A stretch of DNA of 64,000 nt from positions 106,890,001 through 106,954,000 of the forward strand of contig NC_045696.1 of assembly GCF_009834535.1 (NCBI RefSeq), written 5' to 3'. The translations under genes were made by a program, and so were the position numbers. Source of the stretch: Camelus ferus (taxonomy: Eukaryota). Below the pieces are notes generated by a model. The model did no database searches. It saw nothing but the letters and a program-made list of their open reading frames with translations, and was not told where the DNA came from. Each line of letters starts with the position of its first letter. Positions within the stretch are counted from its first letter, which is position 1. Positions 26,340-39,575 of the stretch are shown piece by piece.

Positions 26340-27132
26340 CTTGCTTAGTATGTATGAGTATGAACTATGGATTTAATCAGCCATCTCAGCAAAAGCCAGG
26401 AATAAAGATGGGATAATAGCATCAGAAACACTGTGAGCTTGGGCCGAAGGGAGCAAGATGGCACAATAGAGTTATGTGGCCGGGAATACACTTTCTACTT
26501 CAAGAAAAGGGAAGAAGGACCCAAAGGTGATACAGAGATTGTCAGAGATGCCACTGCCACCACAGGCACAGGGCACAAGGCTGTCTCTTCCTCAGTCTCA
26601 GAGGGTGGGGCTCCCTCCTCTATTTTAGCAGGCCAGGCAGTTCCCCCAACACGCTCACACCCCTCCCCAAGGCCTTATGGAGGGGGCTGTCCCTGAGCCA
26701 AAGGGACAAGGCTGACTCACAAGAGATGACAGTGGGCCTGGAAGGCAGGCATCAAAGAGGATAACTCTAGGGCCTTCAGTTCTAATGGGATTAGCCTTGC
26801 TATGATTTGGACTTGCTTGGGACCCAACACTACCTTTTTCCTTCTGGTTTCTCCCTTTTGAGATGGGAATGTCTACCTTATACTCATTGTATTTTGGAAG
26901 CACATAAGTCATGTGGTTTCACAGGTTCACAACTAGAGAAGTATCTTGCCTCAGGGTGAATTATACCTCTAGTCTCAGCCATATGTGATTTAGATGTTAT
27001 TTAGATGAGACTTTGAACTTTGGACTTTAGATTTGATACTGAAATGAGTTAGGACTTTGGAGGCTATTGGGATGGAAGAAATGTATTTTGCATGCAAGAA
27101 GGACATGAATTTTGGGGGGACCAGGAGAAGAA
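26340..27132 (+). mobile_element. MaLR internal sequence (MLT1-int) 3' part with polypurine tract
   Basis: ggactttggaggctattgggatgg...tgtattttgcatgcaagaaggacatgaattttggggggaccaggagaagaa directly abuts the LTR start. Confidence 0.75.
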
Positions 27133-27547
27133 TATTATGGACTGAATATTTGGGTTCCCCCAAATTCATGTGTTGAAGCCCTAACTCTCAGTTTGATTAT
27201 ATTTTGAAATGGGGCCTCTAAGGAAATAATTAAGGTTAAATGAGGTCATAAGGGTGAAAGTCTGACCTGATAGGACTAGTGTCCTTTTATAAGAAGAGAC
27301 ACTTGAGAACTCACTCACTCACCATCTCTCTCTGTCTCTCTATGCCACACACCAAGGAAAGACCATGTGAGGACATAGGGAGAAGCTGGCCGTCTGTAAG
27401 CCAAGAAGAGAGTCCTCACCAGAAACAGAATTTAGCAGCGCCTTAATCTTGGCTTCCCAGCCTCCAGAACGGTGAGAAAGACATTTCTCCTGTTTAAGCC
27501 ACCCAGTCTGTGGTATTTTGTTATGACAACCCAAGCTGACTAATACA
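27133..27547 (+). mobile_element. MLT1A/B-type LTR
   Basis: tattatggactgaa...ttaaggttaaatgaggtcataaggg...cagcctccagaacggtgaga...gtggtattttgttatgacaacccaagctgactaataca. Confidence 0.9.
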
Positions 27548-27919
27548 TCCTGCTAAATGGTGACAAGATTAACTTAGATTGAAAGTCCTTAGAGGTTTTG
27601 GGACCTGAGAGAGAAGGAGTCAAGCCCAGCAAAGATGCTAAGGGTGATTCCAGGAGCAGGCAGGAATAAGGGAAGTTAGCCTCTGCTGAACTCATGGAGG
27701 AACATGGCTGTGGCTTCTGAGGTGGTAAAAAGAACAAAAGGCAGTGTCTCCCTATATGACTCTTTGCTTCCTGCTACCATGTCCATCTTCCACTGTTACC
27801 CTTTTCAGTCTACATTGTTTTAACTCAGTGACCCCTAGGTCAAGATGGGAGAACTAGCACAAGCAGAAACTTCACTCTCCATCCCAAACACTAGAAGGAT
27901 AGAAAAATATTTTTAATAT

Positions 27920-28715
27920 TTGGAGCAATCATGTTGGAAAACATTTGGCGTTACCTCCTAAAGTTGAGCATTCCTATAGCCTATGCCCCAGTGATTCTCT
28001 TCCTAAACACACGGGAGAAATTCTTGCAGATGTACACCAGAAAATTTTCCTTTTCACAGTACCAAACACTCGGAAGCAACGTACATACCCTCAGTGGGAG
28101 TGCGGCTAAATCAACAACGATATGTTCACAAAATGGAATACTGTACAGTAGTCCAGACAAATGAACTCCATGGACCCAGAATGATAAAGGTGTATCTCAC
28201 TCATATAATAAAAAGTGAAAACATCATCCCCAAGCGATTATGCACCTTAATGACGTTCTTTTTACAAAGGTAAAAATAATTAAAATAAAAACAAACTTTA
28301 TATGTATAGATGCATTAAGGTTACATGTTTAAAAAGCAAGGGAATGATGAGGACAGGACTCAGGAAAATGTTTATCTCAGGTGAGTGAAGGCAAGGAGAG
28401 GGGCTGGTGAGGGAAACTCCATGGTTAGATATGAGTTACTGTCAATGTTTAGCTTTGGGGAAGTTGTGGGCTAGAAGGATGGAAAGGAAGGAGAGATGGA
28501 AGGGAAGAAGGGAGAAATTACATACATATATGCACACTTACATACATACACACATGCACACACACACACAAGCTGGCCAAGGAGGAGAATGCATCATGAA
28601 CCAAGGACTATGGTTAATCCAATTCTGCGCACCTGAGGTTTTAAAAAAAGGAAAAAAAATAGCTCTGTTTAAAAATAAGAGGAAAATTTCTGTAGACTCA
28701 CAACCAAATTAAATA
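27920..28715 (+). mobile_element. Old L1ME/MC-type 3' fragment
   Basis: ttggaaaacatttggcgttacctcctaaagttgagcattcctatagcctatgccccagtgattc...aatggaatactgtacag. Confidence 0.7.
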
Positions 28716-29244
28716 ACAAATATCGCTCAAACATAAGAGGAGACTTGCAGACTAGCTAAGAGAAAACTCTTAGAAAGTAATCAGCAAAAAAATAATAATA
28801 ATGGCACACGCATTGCAGATGGAGGCTCTGATAAACTCAGCCACCCACCAGTGAGGGGTTCCGGCAGCAGCAGCCCACCTCCCCACAGCCAGGAGAAGGA
28901 GTACTGTGAATGGACTAGAATCCAGAACTACTTTATCCAAACAGGACCAGACTCCAACTCAATTTAACAACTCTAACAGTTCAGAACCAAGGTCCCCAGG
29001 TCCCCTGAGGCGTTTCCTAGAACTTTGAATGTCAATGTATACTTGAATCTCCAAGAGAGAGTCATAGAGTGCAGTTTCCCTCAATTTATCTGACAGCAGG
29101 ACCCTTATGGGACTCGCATCTATTGGAACATGTTAACTAATGCTGCCTTGTGGTGTCAGCCCATCCAAGGAGCTCCAGGAATGTGACTGGTGGTGAGAGA
29201 AAAGAGGAGGGGGCAGCTTGTCTTTTGAGTCACGTGCTGCAGCC

Positions 29245-29345
29245 CACCAGCTGTGCTGTTCACCGCTTTATCCTCAGTGCTTGGCACATAATAGATCTTC
29301 AGTAAATATTCACTGAATGAATGAATACAAAATGAGTAAATGACA
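29245..29345 (+). mobile_element. L2 3' end
   Basis: tgttcaccgctttatcctcagtgcttggcacataatagatcttcagtaaatattcactgaatgaatgaat. Confidence 0.8.
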
Positions 29346-30250
29346 AAAGAGATGCAGTCAAGGGCCAAAGGAAGGAGACAAGGAGGAGATTCACAGTATA
29401 CGAACTGAGGTAAAGAATCAGGAGGTCTAGTTTGAAACTAGGCTCCACCACAGTCCAGGCATATAACCCTTGCTCTGTAGTCTCCACCACTTTTTATTTA
29501 GCAACAAGGGCGTGCAGTGGCCTCCTCGGCCCATCCTCGCTGTAAGCTCACAGTTTATGAATGTGCTGGAACAGAAAGCCTGGCTAGCTGAGGAAGCCCC
29601 TGGATCTATCTTCTGAGCATCATTTTGCCTGGAGTCCTACACGCTGCCATGGCACCCAGTCAGTGATGCCCTGCCTCCTCTGATTATCATCATGTTCACT
29701 TGCCTTACACGTTACTTATCAGAGAGCTGCTTAGGGTTCATTCTTAATTGGAAATAAATTAGTATTAGTAGACAAGATAGCAGAATGCATTTAGGTCTAT
29801 ATGGGATGTGGCTTTAGAGTTGCAAGAGGATTTTCTCATGTATAAATCTGGAACGGTCAGTGGTCATCCTCTCCAGCCTTGGAGGAATCACACAGAAAGA
29901 AGAAAGGAAATCTGAAGGATAGAAAGGGGGAAAACCCCACTGATACTGTTTGAGCCCTGCATCCCACTTACCAGAATTCAAATTCACTGAGTTAGAGAAA
30001 AACGAGTATCTGTTGCATGAAACTTAAAGAGTTCAAAGTCATAAGATTCTAGGCCTTTTCCTTATATTTAAATGTGTACATATATCAAATATATAAAATA
30101 AACATATGCAAACATCTGCAATAATAACACTTATTATTATTCAGTGGTTTGTTTTTTTTCATTTAACAATGTAACTTGGAGATCTTTCCAAGTCAAAATA
30201 TACAACTCTGGCTCATCCTTTTTAAAGACCATATGAAATTTCATACTATG

Positions 30251-30724
30251 TGTGATAGTTAATTTTCTGTATAAATTGACTGGAACATGGGATGCTCAGA
30301 TATTTGGTCAAATATTATTCAGAATGTGTCTGTGAGAGTGTTTCTGGATAAGATTAAGGTTTGAATCAGCAGACTGAGTAAAGCAGATTGCCCTCCCCAA
30401 TGTGGGTGGGCTACGTCTGGTCACTTGAAGGCCTGAATAGAACAAAATGGCGGAGTAAGAGACAATTCCTTCTGCCTGTCTCCTTTTAAGCTGGAACATT
30501 GTTTTTTACTTGCCTTTTCTGAGTCTCAAGCTGGCCAGCTTCCAGACTGGAACTACACTCTCGGCATTTCTGGTTGTCTAGCTTACTGATTACAGATCTT
30601 GGGACTTCATCCTCTTTAACCATGTGATCCAATTCCTCACAAAAAAAAAATTAAAATCTATATATAAATGTATATGCAAAGAGATTTTTATTGGCTTTTT
30701 CTCTGGAGAACTCTGACTAGTAGG
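30251..30724 (+). mobile_element. MLT2 (ERVL) solo LTR, MLT2D-like
   Basis: tgtgatagttaattttctgtataaattgactgg...gactgagtaaagcagattgccctccccaatgtgggtggg...ttctctggagaactctgacta. Confidence 0.88.
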
Positions 30725-31344
30725 ATATGAATGGTCCATTACTTTGACCATTCCCCAATTATAGGTCAATTTATCTATTTTAAATAATGCTAAATCCATG
30801 TAGCTGGAATGGGCTTATTTCTCTAGGACAGATTCCCAGGAGAAGAATAGCTGGGACAAAGTATAAATATTTAAAATCTTACCTTTTGATCTATATTTCA
30901 AATTTCCTTTCCAAAAAGGCTTTTCTAGCTTTTATTCCAATCAACAATTTATCAACAGTGGCTATTTGTCTATACCCACATGCACATTTGCTATTAAAAA
31001 TATTTTTAAAATGATAATCTGAAGAGTTAAAGGCTGCCATGTCATGACTACTTTAAATTGCATTTATTTTGCTTAATTTGCATTTACTGAATTGCTAACA
31101 ACGTTGAGGTCTTTTTTTCCCCACATCTTTATTAGGCATTTGTATTTACTGCTTGGTGAAATATTTTACCCATTTTTCCTAGCACGTTATTTGCCTTTTT
31201 CCTGCTGATCAGTAGTTGTTCTCTCTATATTATTAATATTAATATTAATATTACATTTGTTATATGTTATAAATATTTGCTCTTGGTCTGTCACTTGTTT
31301 TTATTACTGTTATGACATCTTCATAGTGGGAAGGTCACAGAATA

Positions 31345-31587
31345 AGTGATTGTTTGCTCTGGAATCAGACAACCTGGGTTCAAATCTTACTTCTACAACT
31401 CACTAGCTGTATAACTTTGGGAAAATCACTAATGTTTTTTAAGACTTAGTTTGCGCTTTTAAAGTAGGACTCTGTTACAGTAGTACCCAGACCTTGAATT
31501 ACTGTGAGTATTAAATGAGGCAATATTTGGAAACTGCATAGCACATCATCTGGCACATTGGCAGTGCTCAATTAGTGGCAGCTATTA
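31345..31587 (+). mobile_element. MIR SINE
   Basis: gctctggaatcagacaacctgggttcaaatc...ctagctgtataactttggg...gtgagtattaaatgagg. Confidence 0.85.
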
Positions 31588-33884
31588 TGAGTTGTATGAT
31601 TACTATGTCATATTAAAGAGTACATTTCAATGTAGTCACATCTGTCAAATGTGAGTTAGATTATCACTTAGAATATCTTTGGTTGCAAGAAACAGAAAAT
31701 CAAACTAGAAATGGCCTCAAAATAACCACCTGCCCACTCCTTTTTATAGATTTTAGAAGCTACTAATCCTGTACATTAAATCTTTTTCTACTTGAAACAA
31801 CTGGCATGGTCTCCATTTTCTATGGTAGAATTCTTGCTACAGCATTCAAAGTTTATAAAACTTCTGTATTTTTGAAACCTTAAATTTTTCTTTTTGATAT
31901 GTATTTCTTTACTCCACCTAGAATTGATTTTGATTTTTGTATGAGAGGGTAATCTAACTTAATAATAATTAATTGTCCCAACATCATTTATTAAACAGTC
32001 TATCCTTTCTCCACCACTTTTTAAATGACATATTAATCATATACCAACTTCTTGTATGAAGGAGATCTGATAAATTGAAGGAGTATTGCTGTATTAGAAT
32101 AAAAAATTATAGTAGTATGTACTGAAATGCATATGATTGCATTTGGAAATAAAGCTTTTCAGCAAGGGGAAACATATTTTTTGGACATGGTTGCTTTCAA
32201 TCACTGTGTAGTTGTCCTGGTATCAAGATAGACTTGACTGACAGAAATAAGATAAAGAGGGAGAAGACTACATGATGTCATATACTTTCAAACACAGAAG
32301 ACTGAGCCAAAGGCAGACGCTATCTAGGGAAAATGTCCACTCTTGGGTACTCTGAATAAAGGCATCCTTCTTCATTCATAATTATATTATAATAAAAGGC
32401 CACTGAAAAATCAAATGAACTCTAATAAAGGGCACATTTCTGTGTAGTTTAGTCACGTCTCTCCTTGGGGAAAGTACTGAATACATTCGGGTTGGACAGT
32501 AAACAAAAAAAGAATTTACAAGTAGATGGACTTCGGTGGTATTTAGAAGTCTGGGATACCAGATAGATCTACTGTTTTCCCTTTGACTTGGTCAGGATTT
32601 TCAACTTCACATGTTGCCTCATCTGTTTTCTTTACCAGCATTTCTTCAAGGAAAACACTAGAGCTCATTCTCCCTATAGCCTGTGTCGCTGGCCAGGGAT
32701 TGGAGCAATTGCCTCCGGCTTGAATTACTCTCTATCCTTCCTGGTGCTGACAAGGGAGGTCAAGTCCAAACCAAGGCTCTTAGAAGGGGGAAAAAAAAAA
32801 GGCTGTTAATTATAATGCCCCTTGGTTTGTTGCTGTATTCTTTCATAAACTTGTCTATTTTAGTGCCAACACCAAAGTGTTTAAATTGCTATGATATTAT
32901 AAAATATGTTAATATCTGGCAAAAGCTCCTTCATTGTTCTCCATTAAAATTCTTTTCTTGGTTCCTTCATGCACATTTTCTTTGCTAGGTAAACTTTAGA
33001 GTCATCCTTTCAAGTTTCATAAAATTTCACTTCAGGCTTTTGATTGACACTTATTTACATTTACAAATTAATTTTCTGGAGAATTGCCATCCGTTCAACT
33101 TCCAAGTCTTTCCTTTCAAATCATGATATGTCTCTATTCAGCATTTCCTTTAAATTTTTCAATAAAGTTTTATCCTCTTTTATATTAACCATGCATTTCT
33201 AATTAGGTCCGTTGCTAAGTATCTTGCTGCTATTGAGAATGGAACTTTTTTGCACTACACCTTCTATGTGGTTATTGTTAATCTATAGTAAAGTTGCTGG
33301 GTTTTGTATGTTGATTTTACATTCAGATGCCTTGCTGAACTATTTTAATAGTTCTAATCATTTTATGTTGCTTTTCTTGGATTTTTTAGGTAGACAATTA
33401 TTCTATTTCCAAATAATAATAGTTTTATTTCTTCCTTTCCAATAATTGTACCATTTTTTCATGTCTTATTGCATTATGTCGTACCTCCAGAATAATGATA
33501 AAAGGTAGCAGTAATAATTCCATCTTCTCTTGTTCTTCACAATTGAGTATAATATTTGCAGTATTTCTGTTGGATATACATACCTCATCAAATTAAAACT
33601 TTCCATCTATTAGTATTGCCACCTTGCTGTGAGTATTATACTGATTTGTTTAATATTTATTTTTCTTTAATAAAAAAACACATGCTGGCTTTTTATCAAA
33701 TATTTGTTTTGGCATCAGTTAGAATGAGCATACAGTTTTTCTTCCTCAATTTCTTAATTAAATGATATTCATTAATAATTTCTAAAGAAAACCAGGATTA
33801 CATTCTGGAATAAACTCTACTTGGTCATAATTGATCATTTTGCATAGTGGCCTGGTATGAGGTTTATAGATGTAAGGTGTTTTT

Positions 33885-36345
33885 GAACCTCTGTTAGGAC
33901 ATACCCTGAGGGACCTGTGGGACTATAGCAAAAGTTTTAACATTTGTGTCTTCAGAGTCCCAGAATTAGAAGAAAAGGAGGGCCAAGTTGGAAAAAATAC
34001 TTGAAGAAATAATGACTGAAATCTTCCCAAATTTGTCAAAGGACATAAATCTATAGATTCAAGAAGGTGAGTGAACGCCAAACAGGGCAAATCCAAACAA
34101 AAACATCCACATCAAGATATATCACAGTTAAACTTCTGAAATAAAATACAATGAAAACATCTTGAAAGCAGCCAGAAAGACACTTTATGTAAAGGGAAGT
34201 AAAAATTGGAATGACTGTTTCTCATCAGAAACTATGGAGGGCAAAAGGAAGTAGCATAATAATTTCTGAGTGTTGAAATAAAATAACTGCTAACCCAGAA
34301 TCTTATACCTAGTGAAAATATCCTTTAAGAATGAAGGAAAAATCAAGACATTCTCAAAGGAAGAAAACTAAGAGAGTTTGTCACCACCAAATCTACCCTA
34401 AAGGAATGGTTAAACAAATTTCTTTAAAAAAAAGAAAAAAAAAAGGAAATGAGAAAAGAAAGGACCTTGGAATATCAGAAGGGAAAAAAAAAACATAACA
34501 AGCAAAAATATGGATATATACAATAGTCTTGCCTCCTACTCTTGAGTTTTATAAATCATGTTTGACAATTGAAGCAAAAATTATAACAGTGACTGATGCA
34601 TTTCTAAATGTATATGGAGCAAATACTTGAGAGAACTATTTTATAAATAGGGAAGGAAGGGTAATGGGATGTAAAATGAGGTTACATTATAATATTTCAC
34701 TTGAACTGGTGAAATGACACCCCTAGACTGCAATAAGGGGGGTGTGTGTGTTTGTATATGTATATGTATACATATCTATAGGCATACCTAATTTTATTAT
34801 GCTTCACTTTATTGTGCTTTGCAGATATTCAATTTTTTACAAATTGAAGGTTTGTGGCAGTCCTGTATTGACCAAGTCTATCGGCACCATTCTTCTAACA
34901 GCATTTGCTCACATCTTGTCTCTGTACCACATTTTGGTAATTCTCACAATATTTCAATTTTTTTCATTATTATTACATTTGTTATGTTGATCTCTGATCA
35001 GTGATCTTTGATGTTCCTACTATGACTAGCTGAAGAACCAGATGACGGTTATTATTTTTTAGCAATAAAGTGTTTTTAATTAAGGTATATACTTTTTAAA
35101 GACATAATGCTATTGCAATAAACTACATTATAGTGTAAACATATATGCACTGGGAACCCAAAACATTTGTGTGATTTGCTTTATTGTGATATTTGCTTTA
35201 TTGTTGTGGTCTGGAACAGAACTCACAATATCTTTGAGGTATGCTTCTCTCTGTGTATGTGCGTGTGTGTATGTGTGTGTATAAAGACATATAATTGAAT
35301 ATCTAGAAAAACCACCAAAATAAGCTACATAAAGTGTAGTAAAGAATACTATCAATAAACCAATGTGGAATTTTTCAAGTGCAAATAGCCCATGGAATGC
35401 AGTAAAATGAGAACAGAACAAAAACAGAGAACAAACACAAAACAGAAAAGTAAAACAACAGATTTAGCCCTAACTTAATAATTATATAAAATGTGAATGC
35501 TTTGAATACACCAACTAAAAGACAGAGATTTTCAGAGTGGATTAGAAAACATGGTGCAGCAATATAATGTCTACAAGAAATTGACTTTAAATATTATGAT
35601 ATAGGCAGATTGAGAATAAAAGGTAATAAAAAGATATACCATAAAAACATTAAGCAAAGGAAAATGAGTGGATAAATGAATATCAGCTAAAATAGACTTC
35701 AGAGCAAATAAAATTACCAGAGTTAGAGAAAGACATAATATAATGATAGTCATCCTCCAAAATAATTATTCTTCAATTAAAAATAAAATAAATAAGGCAT
35801 AAGAAAAAACATTTTTTAAGAGTCATCCTCCAAAAAAACTAACAATTCTAAATCAGTATGCACCAAACACCATAACCAAAATACATGAAGCAAAATTTGA
35901 TAGAAATAAAAGTAGAAATAGATAAATCCACAGTTGTATTTGAAGACTTCAAAACCCTCTCCAAAAAATTGACAGAACATCTCTACAGTAAATGATCAAA
36001 CATATAGAAGAACTCAATAACATCATCAGCCAACAGGACCTAATTGACATTTTTAGAACACTCCACCCAACAATAGTAGAATACATATTCTTTTCAAGTG
36101 CATACAGGACATAAACCAAGATATATCGTATCCTGGGCCATAATACAAATCTCAACATATTTTTAAAAACTGGAATCATACAGAGGGTGTTCTCTGCCAC
36201 ATGGAATCAAACTTGAAATAAAAAACAGAAAGATAACAGGAAAATTTCCAAATACTTGGAAACAAAACAACACACTTCTAATCCATGGATCAAAGAGAAA
36301 TATGAAAATTAACTTAACTGTATAAAAATGAAATATAATATATAA
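33885..36345 (+). mobile_element. Old L1M element: ORF1 C-terminus, inter-ORF region and ORF2 endonuclease domain
   Basis: gaagaaataatgactgaaatcttcccaaattt...ttctcatcagaaactatggagg (ORF1); aatgtgaatgctttgaatacaccaactaaaagacagaga...ctccacccaacaatagtagaatacatattcttttcaagtgca (EN). Confidence 0.88.
34779..35246 (+). mobile_element. Internally deleted Tigger1 derivative (Tigger1a-type) nested in the L1 inter-ORF region
   Basis: Tigger1 5' end (aggcatacct...tttacaaattgaaggtttgtggca) fused to the 3' end (cacaatatctttgaggtatgc); TIRs aggcatacct / aggtatgc. Confidence 0.88.
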
Positions 36346-36364
36346 TAGTTGTAATTGTAATTTG

Positions 36365-38672
36365 TAATTATGTGTCTTTTTTTAACATAGCCATCCTAGT
36401 AGGTATGAATTGGAATTCGCCATTCCCTGATGGCTAATGATGTTGAGCGTTTTTCATGTCCTTTTTAGTCATTTGTAAATAATTTCTTAGAGAATTATCT
36501 ATTCCGTTATTTTGCCTATTTTTAATTGAGTTATTCAGCTTTTCTTGTTGACATGTAATACTTCTTTATATATTCTGGATACTAGATTTGTGTCAGATAT
36601 ATGATTTGCAAAGATTTTCCCTCATTTTGGAGGCTATTTTTTCCATTTATTTTATAGTGTCCTGTGAAGCACAAGTTTTTAATTTTGGTTAGGTTTAGCC
36701 AATCTAACTTATTTGGTTGCCTGTGCTTTGGGTGTCATGTCTAAGAAAGCATTGCCTAATCCAAAGTCACAAATATTTACACCTATGATTTTTCCTAAGA
36801 GTTTATCATTTTAGCTATTCCATTTAGGTCTTTGATCTATTTTTGGTTAATTTTTATACGTGATGTGAAGTAGTGGTCCAACTTCATTCTTTTGCATGTG
36901 TATAATCAGTTGTCCCAGCAACATTTGTTGAAAGATTATTCTTTCCCTATGGAACTATCTCAGCACTTTTGTTGATAATCAAATGACTATAGATTCATGG
37001 ATTTTTTTCCCCTGGACTCTCAGTTCTGTTCTATTTAGCTATATTTCTATTCTTATGCCAGCACCACATTATCTTGCTTACTATAGCCTTGTAGTAAGTT
37101 CTGAAGCCAGGAAGTATGAGTCCTCCAACTTTGTTTTTTTCCAATACTTTTGGCTAGTCAAGGTCCATTGAATTTCATATGAATTTTAAGATCAGCTTGT
37201 GTACTTCTGCAAAAAAGCTAGCTGAGATTTTGATAGAGATTTTATTGAATCTGTACATCAATTTAGGGAGTGTTAGCATCTTGACATCCCTACAATATTG
37301 CATCTCCTGATCCATAAACATGTGAAGGTTTTCACTTTATTTATGTTTTCTTTAATGTAACAACATTTGTAGTTTTAGAGTATAAACTTAGCATTTCTTT
37401 TGATAAATTTATTCTCAAGTATTTTATTCTTTTTCATGGTATTGTAAGTGGAATTGTTTTCTTGATTTTATTTTTGGTTTGTTCATTGCTACTGTATAGA
37501 AATACAGTTGAATTATGTATATTAATCTTGTATTCGGCAACACTACTGAACTCATTTATTAGTTCTAGTAGTTTTTAAATATACTTTACAGTTTTCTATG
37601 TACAAGATCATGTCATCTGCTAGTAGAGATAGTTTTGCTTCCTTCTTTCCAATCTGGATGCCTTTTATTTCTTTTTCTTGAACTTCCTAAAACCTGCAGT
37701 ATAATATTAAATAGAAGCAGTGAAAGTGGACATCCTTGTCTTGTTCCTGATCTTAGGAGGCAAGCATTCAAAATTAAGCATGATGTTAGCTCTGGGGTTT
37801 TTATAGATACTCTTTATCTGGTTGAGGACTTCCTTCTATTCCTAGTTTGTTGAGTGTTTTTCTTTTTATCTTTAAGGGGTATTGAATTTTTTCAAATGTT
37901 TATTCTTCATCTACTGTGATGATCATGTGCTTTTTGCTCTTTATTCTGTTTATAAAGTGTATTACATTAATTGATTTTCAGGTGTTAAATCAACCTTTCA
38001 TTCCCAAGATCAATATTACTTGGTCATAGCATACACCCTTTTTACATTTTCTGGATTTAATTAAAATGAAATAGAATTTGTCCCCACCTTTTCTATTCTT
38101 TGGAAAAATTAGGGAAGTTTTGATATTAATTCTTCTTTAAACGTTTGGTATAATTCCTCTGTGGAGCCAACTGGTCCTGGGCTTGTCTTTGTGGGAAGGT
38201 TTTTGATTACAGATTCAATCTCTTTACTTGTTATGGTCTACTGAGATTTTCTAATTCTTACTGAGTCAGTACAGTAGTCTGTGTCTTTCTAGGAATTTGT
38301 CCATTTCATCTAAGTTATTTAATTTGTGTTATATAGTAGTTCACAGTATTCTCATAACTCTCGTTTCTGTAAGGTCATTAGTAATATCTCCACTTCTATT
38401 CTTGATTCTACTGATTTGAGGCATCTCTCTTTTTTTCTTGGTTAGTTTAGGTACAAGTTGATCAATTTTGATGATTTCTTCAAAGTAACACTTTGGGTTT
38501 CACTGATTTTCTCTGTTGTTATTCTACTCTCTATTTCATTAATTTTTGCTAGAATCCTTACTATTTCCTTTCTTCTGCCTGCTTTGGGTTTATTTTGCCC
38601 TTCTTTTTCCTGTGTCTTAAGGTAGAAAGTTAAGTTGTTGACTTGAGATCTTCTTTTTTTAATGTAGGCATG
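36365..38672 (-). mobile_element. L1M ORF2 fragment (post-EN to RT to C-terminal region), antisense
   Basis: tagccatcctagtaggtatgaa...cagttgtcccagcaacatttgttgaa...ggacatccttgtcttgttcctgatcttag...aggaatttgtccatttcatc. Confidence 0.9.
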
Positions 38673-38704
38673 TACTTTTAATTGTTTCCTTATTTTACAT
38701 GAGC

Positions 38705-39200
38705 TTATTTCTCATTCAATAAGTGTTTTTAAGCATTTATCATACTGTTCTAGGCTCTAAAGTTACCTGGTAAATAAGGTAGACATGGTTTTTTTTGTCT
38801 CATGGAAACTGCATGAGTGGGAGACAGCAAACAGCAAGCATTAAGCAACATAAGATAATATAAGATAATATCAGGTTGTGATGAAGCTGTTGAGGATATA
38901 AAATAGTCTGATAATAGCAGACTGAGAAATTGAAGGTTGACTTTAGGTCATTGGTCAGGAGAGACGTTCAGAGGAGGTGACATTTGAGTTGCAACTTGAA
39001 AGAGAAGGGTATTCTAAGCAGAAGGAAGAATAAGTACAAAGGCCTCACATTTGAAAGCTGTTTGGTGTATTTAATGGACAGAAGAAACTTGGGTTTGGCG
39101 GGAGCCTCGTGAATGAAGAGGAGAATGGTAGAACATTAAGTAGAAAAGCTGGCAGGAATGGAAGTCTGGGCATCACTGCAGTATCTGAGATAAAACATGA
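38705..39200 (-). mobile_element. L2 fragment
   Basis: cattcaataagtgtttttaagcatttatc...ggtcaggagagacgttcagaggaggtgacatttgag. Confidence 0.75.
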
Positions 39201-39209
39201 TGGTAGCAA

Positions 39210-39575
39210 ATTGCACTTCAAGCTCTAAATGAGTAACTGTGACCAGATTTCCACTCCTACCATAAGCTACTGGAAAACTGGACAAAATATATGAAACAAC
39301 TGTTTTCAGACACTGGAGAACAAGCAGCACAGAACTGTGATCCATGTAAGAAAGACAACAGTTAAGGTAACAATGATCACCATAGCTCTTTGCCTGAGAA
39401 CACATTCCAGACCACAAGGCAGCAAAGAGATTCCCAAACTGAGCACGTGGTATCACTGAGTTGAGGAGATAAATGGGAGTTCAGGGAGGTTGAGGTGGCT
39501 GGAAGTTATAGGGCAGACCTTCAGAAAGGAGAAAGCTATTCAGCAAAATAATTCCAAGAATCTCCTTAGGGGTGC
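39210..39575 (+). mobile_element. L1M 5'UTR fragment
   Basis: ctactggaaaactggacaaaatatatgaaacaactgttttcagacactggagaacaagcagcacagaactgtgatcc. Confidence 0.65.

Larger units (their letters stand above)
30050..33850 (-). mobile_element. Fragmented ancient L1ME-type element(s), interrupted by MLT2 and other sequence
   Basis: Antisense L1 pieces in roughly collinear order at about 30050-30250, 30725-31320, 31840-32060 and 32820-33850. Confidence 0.6.
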
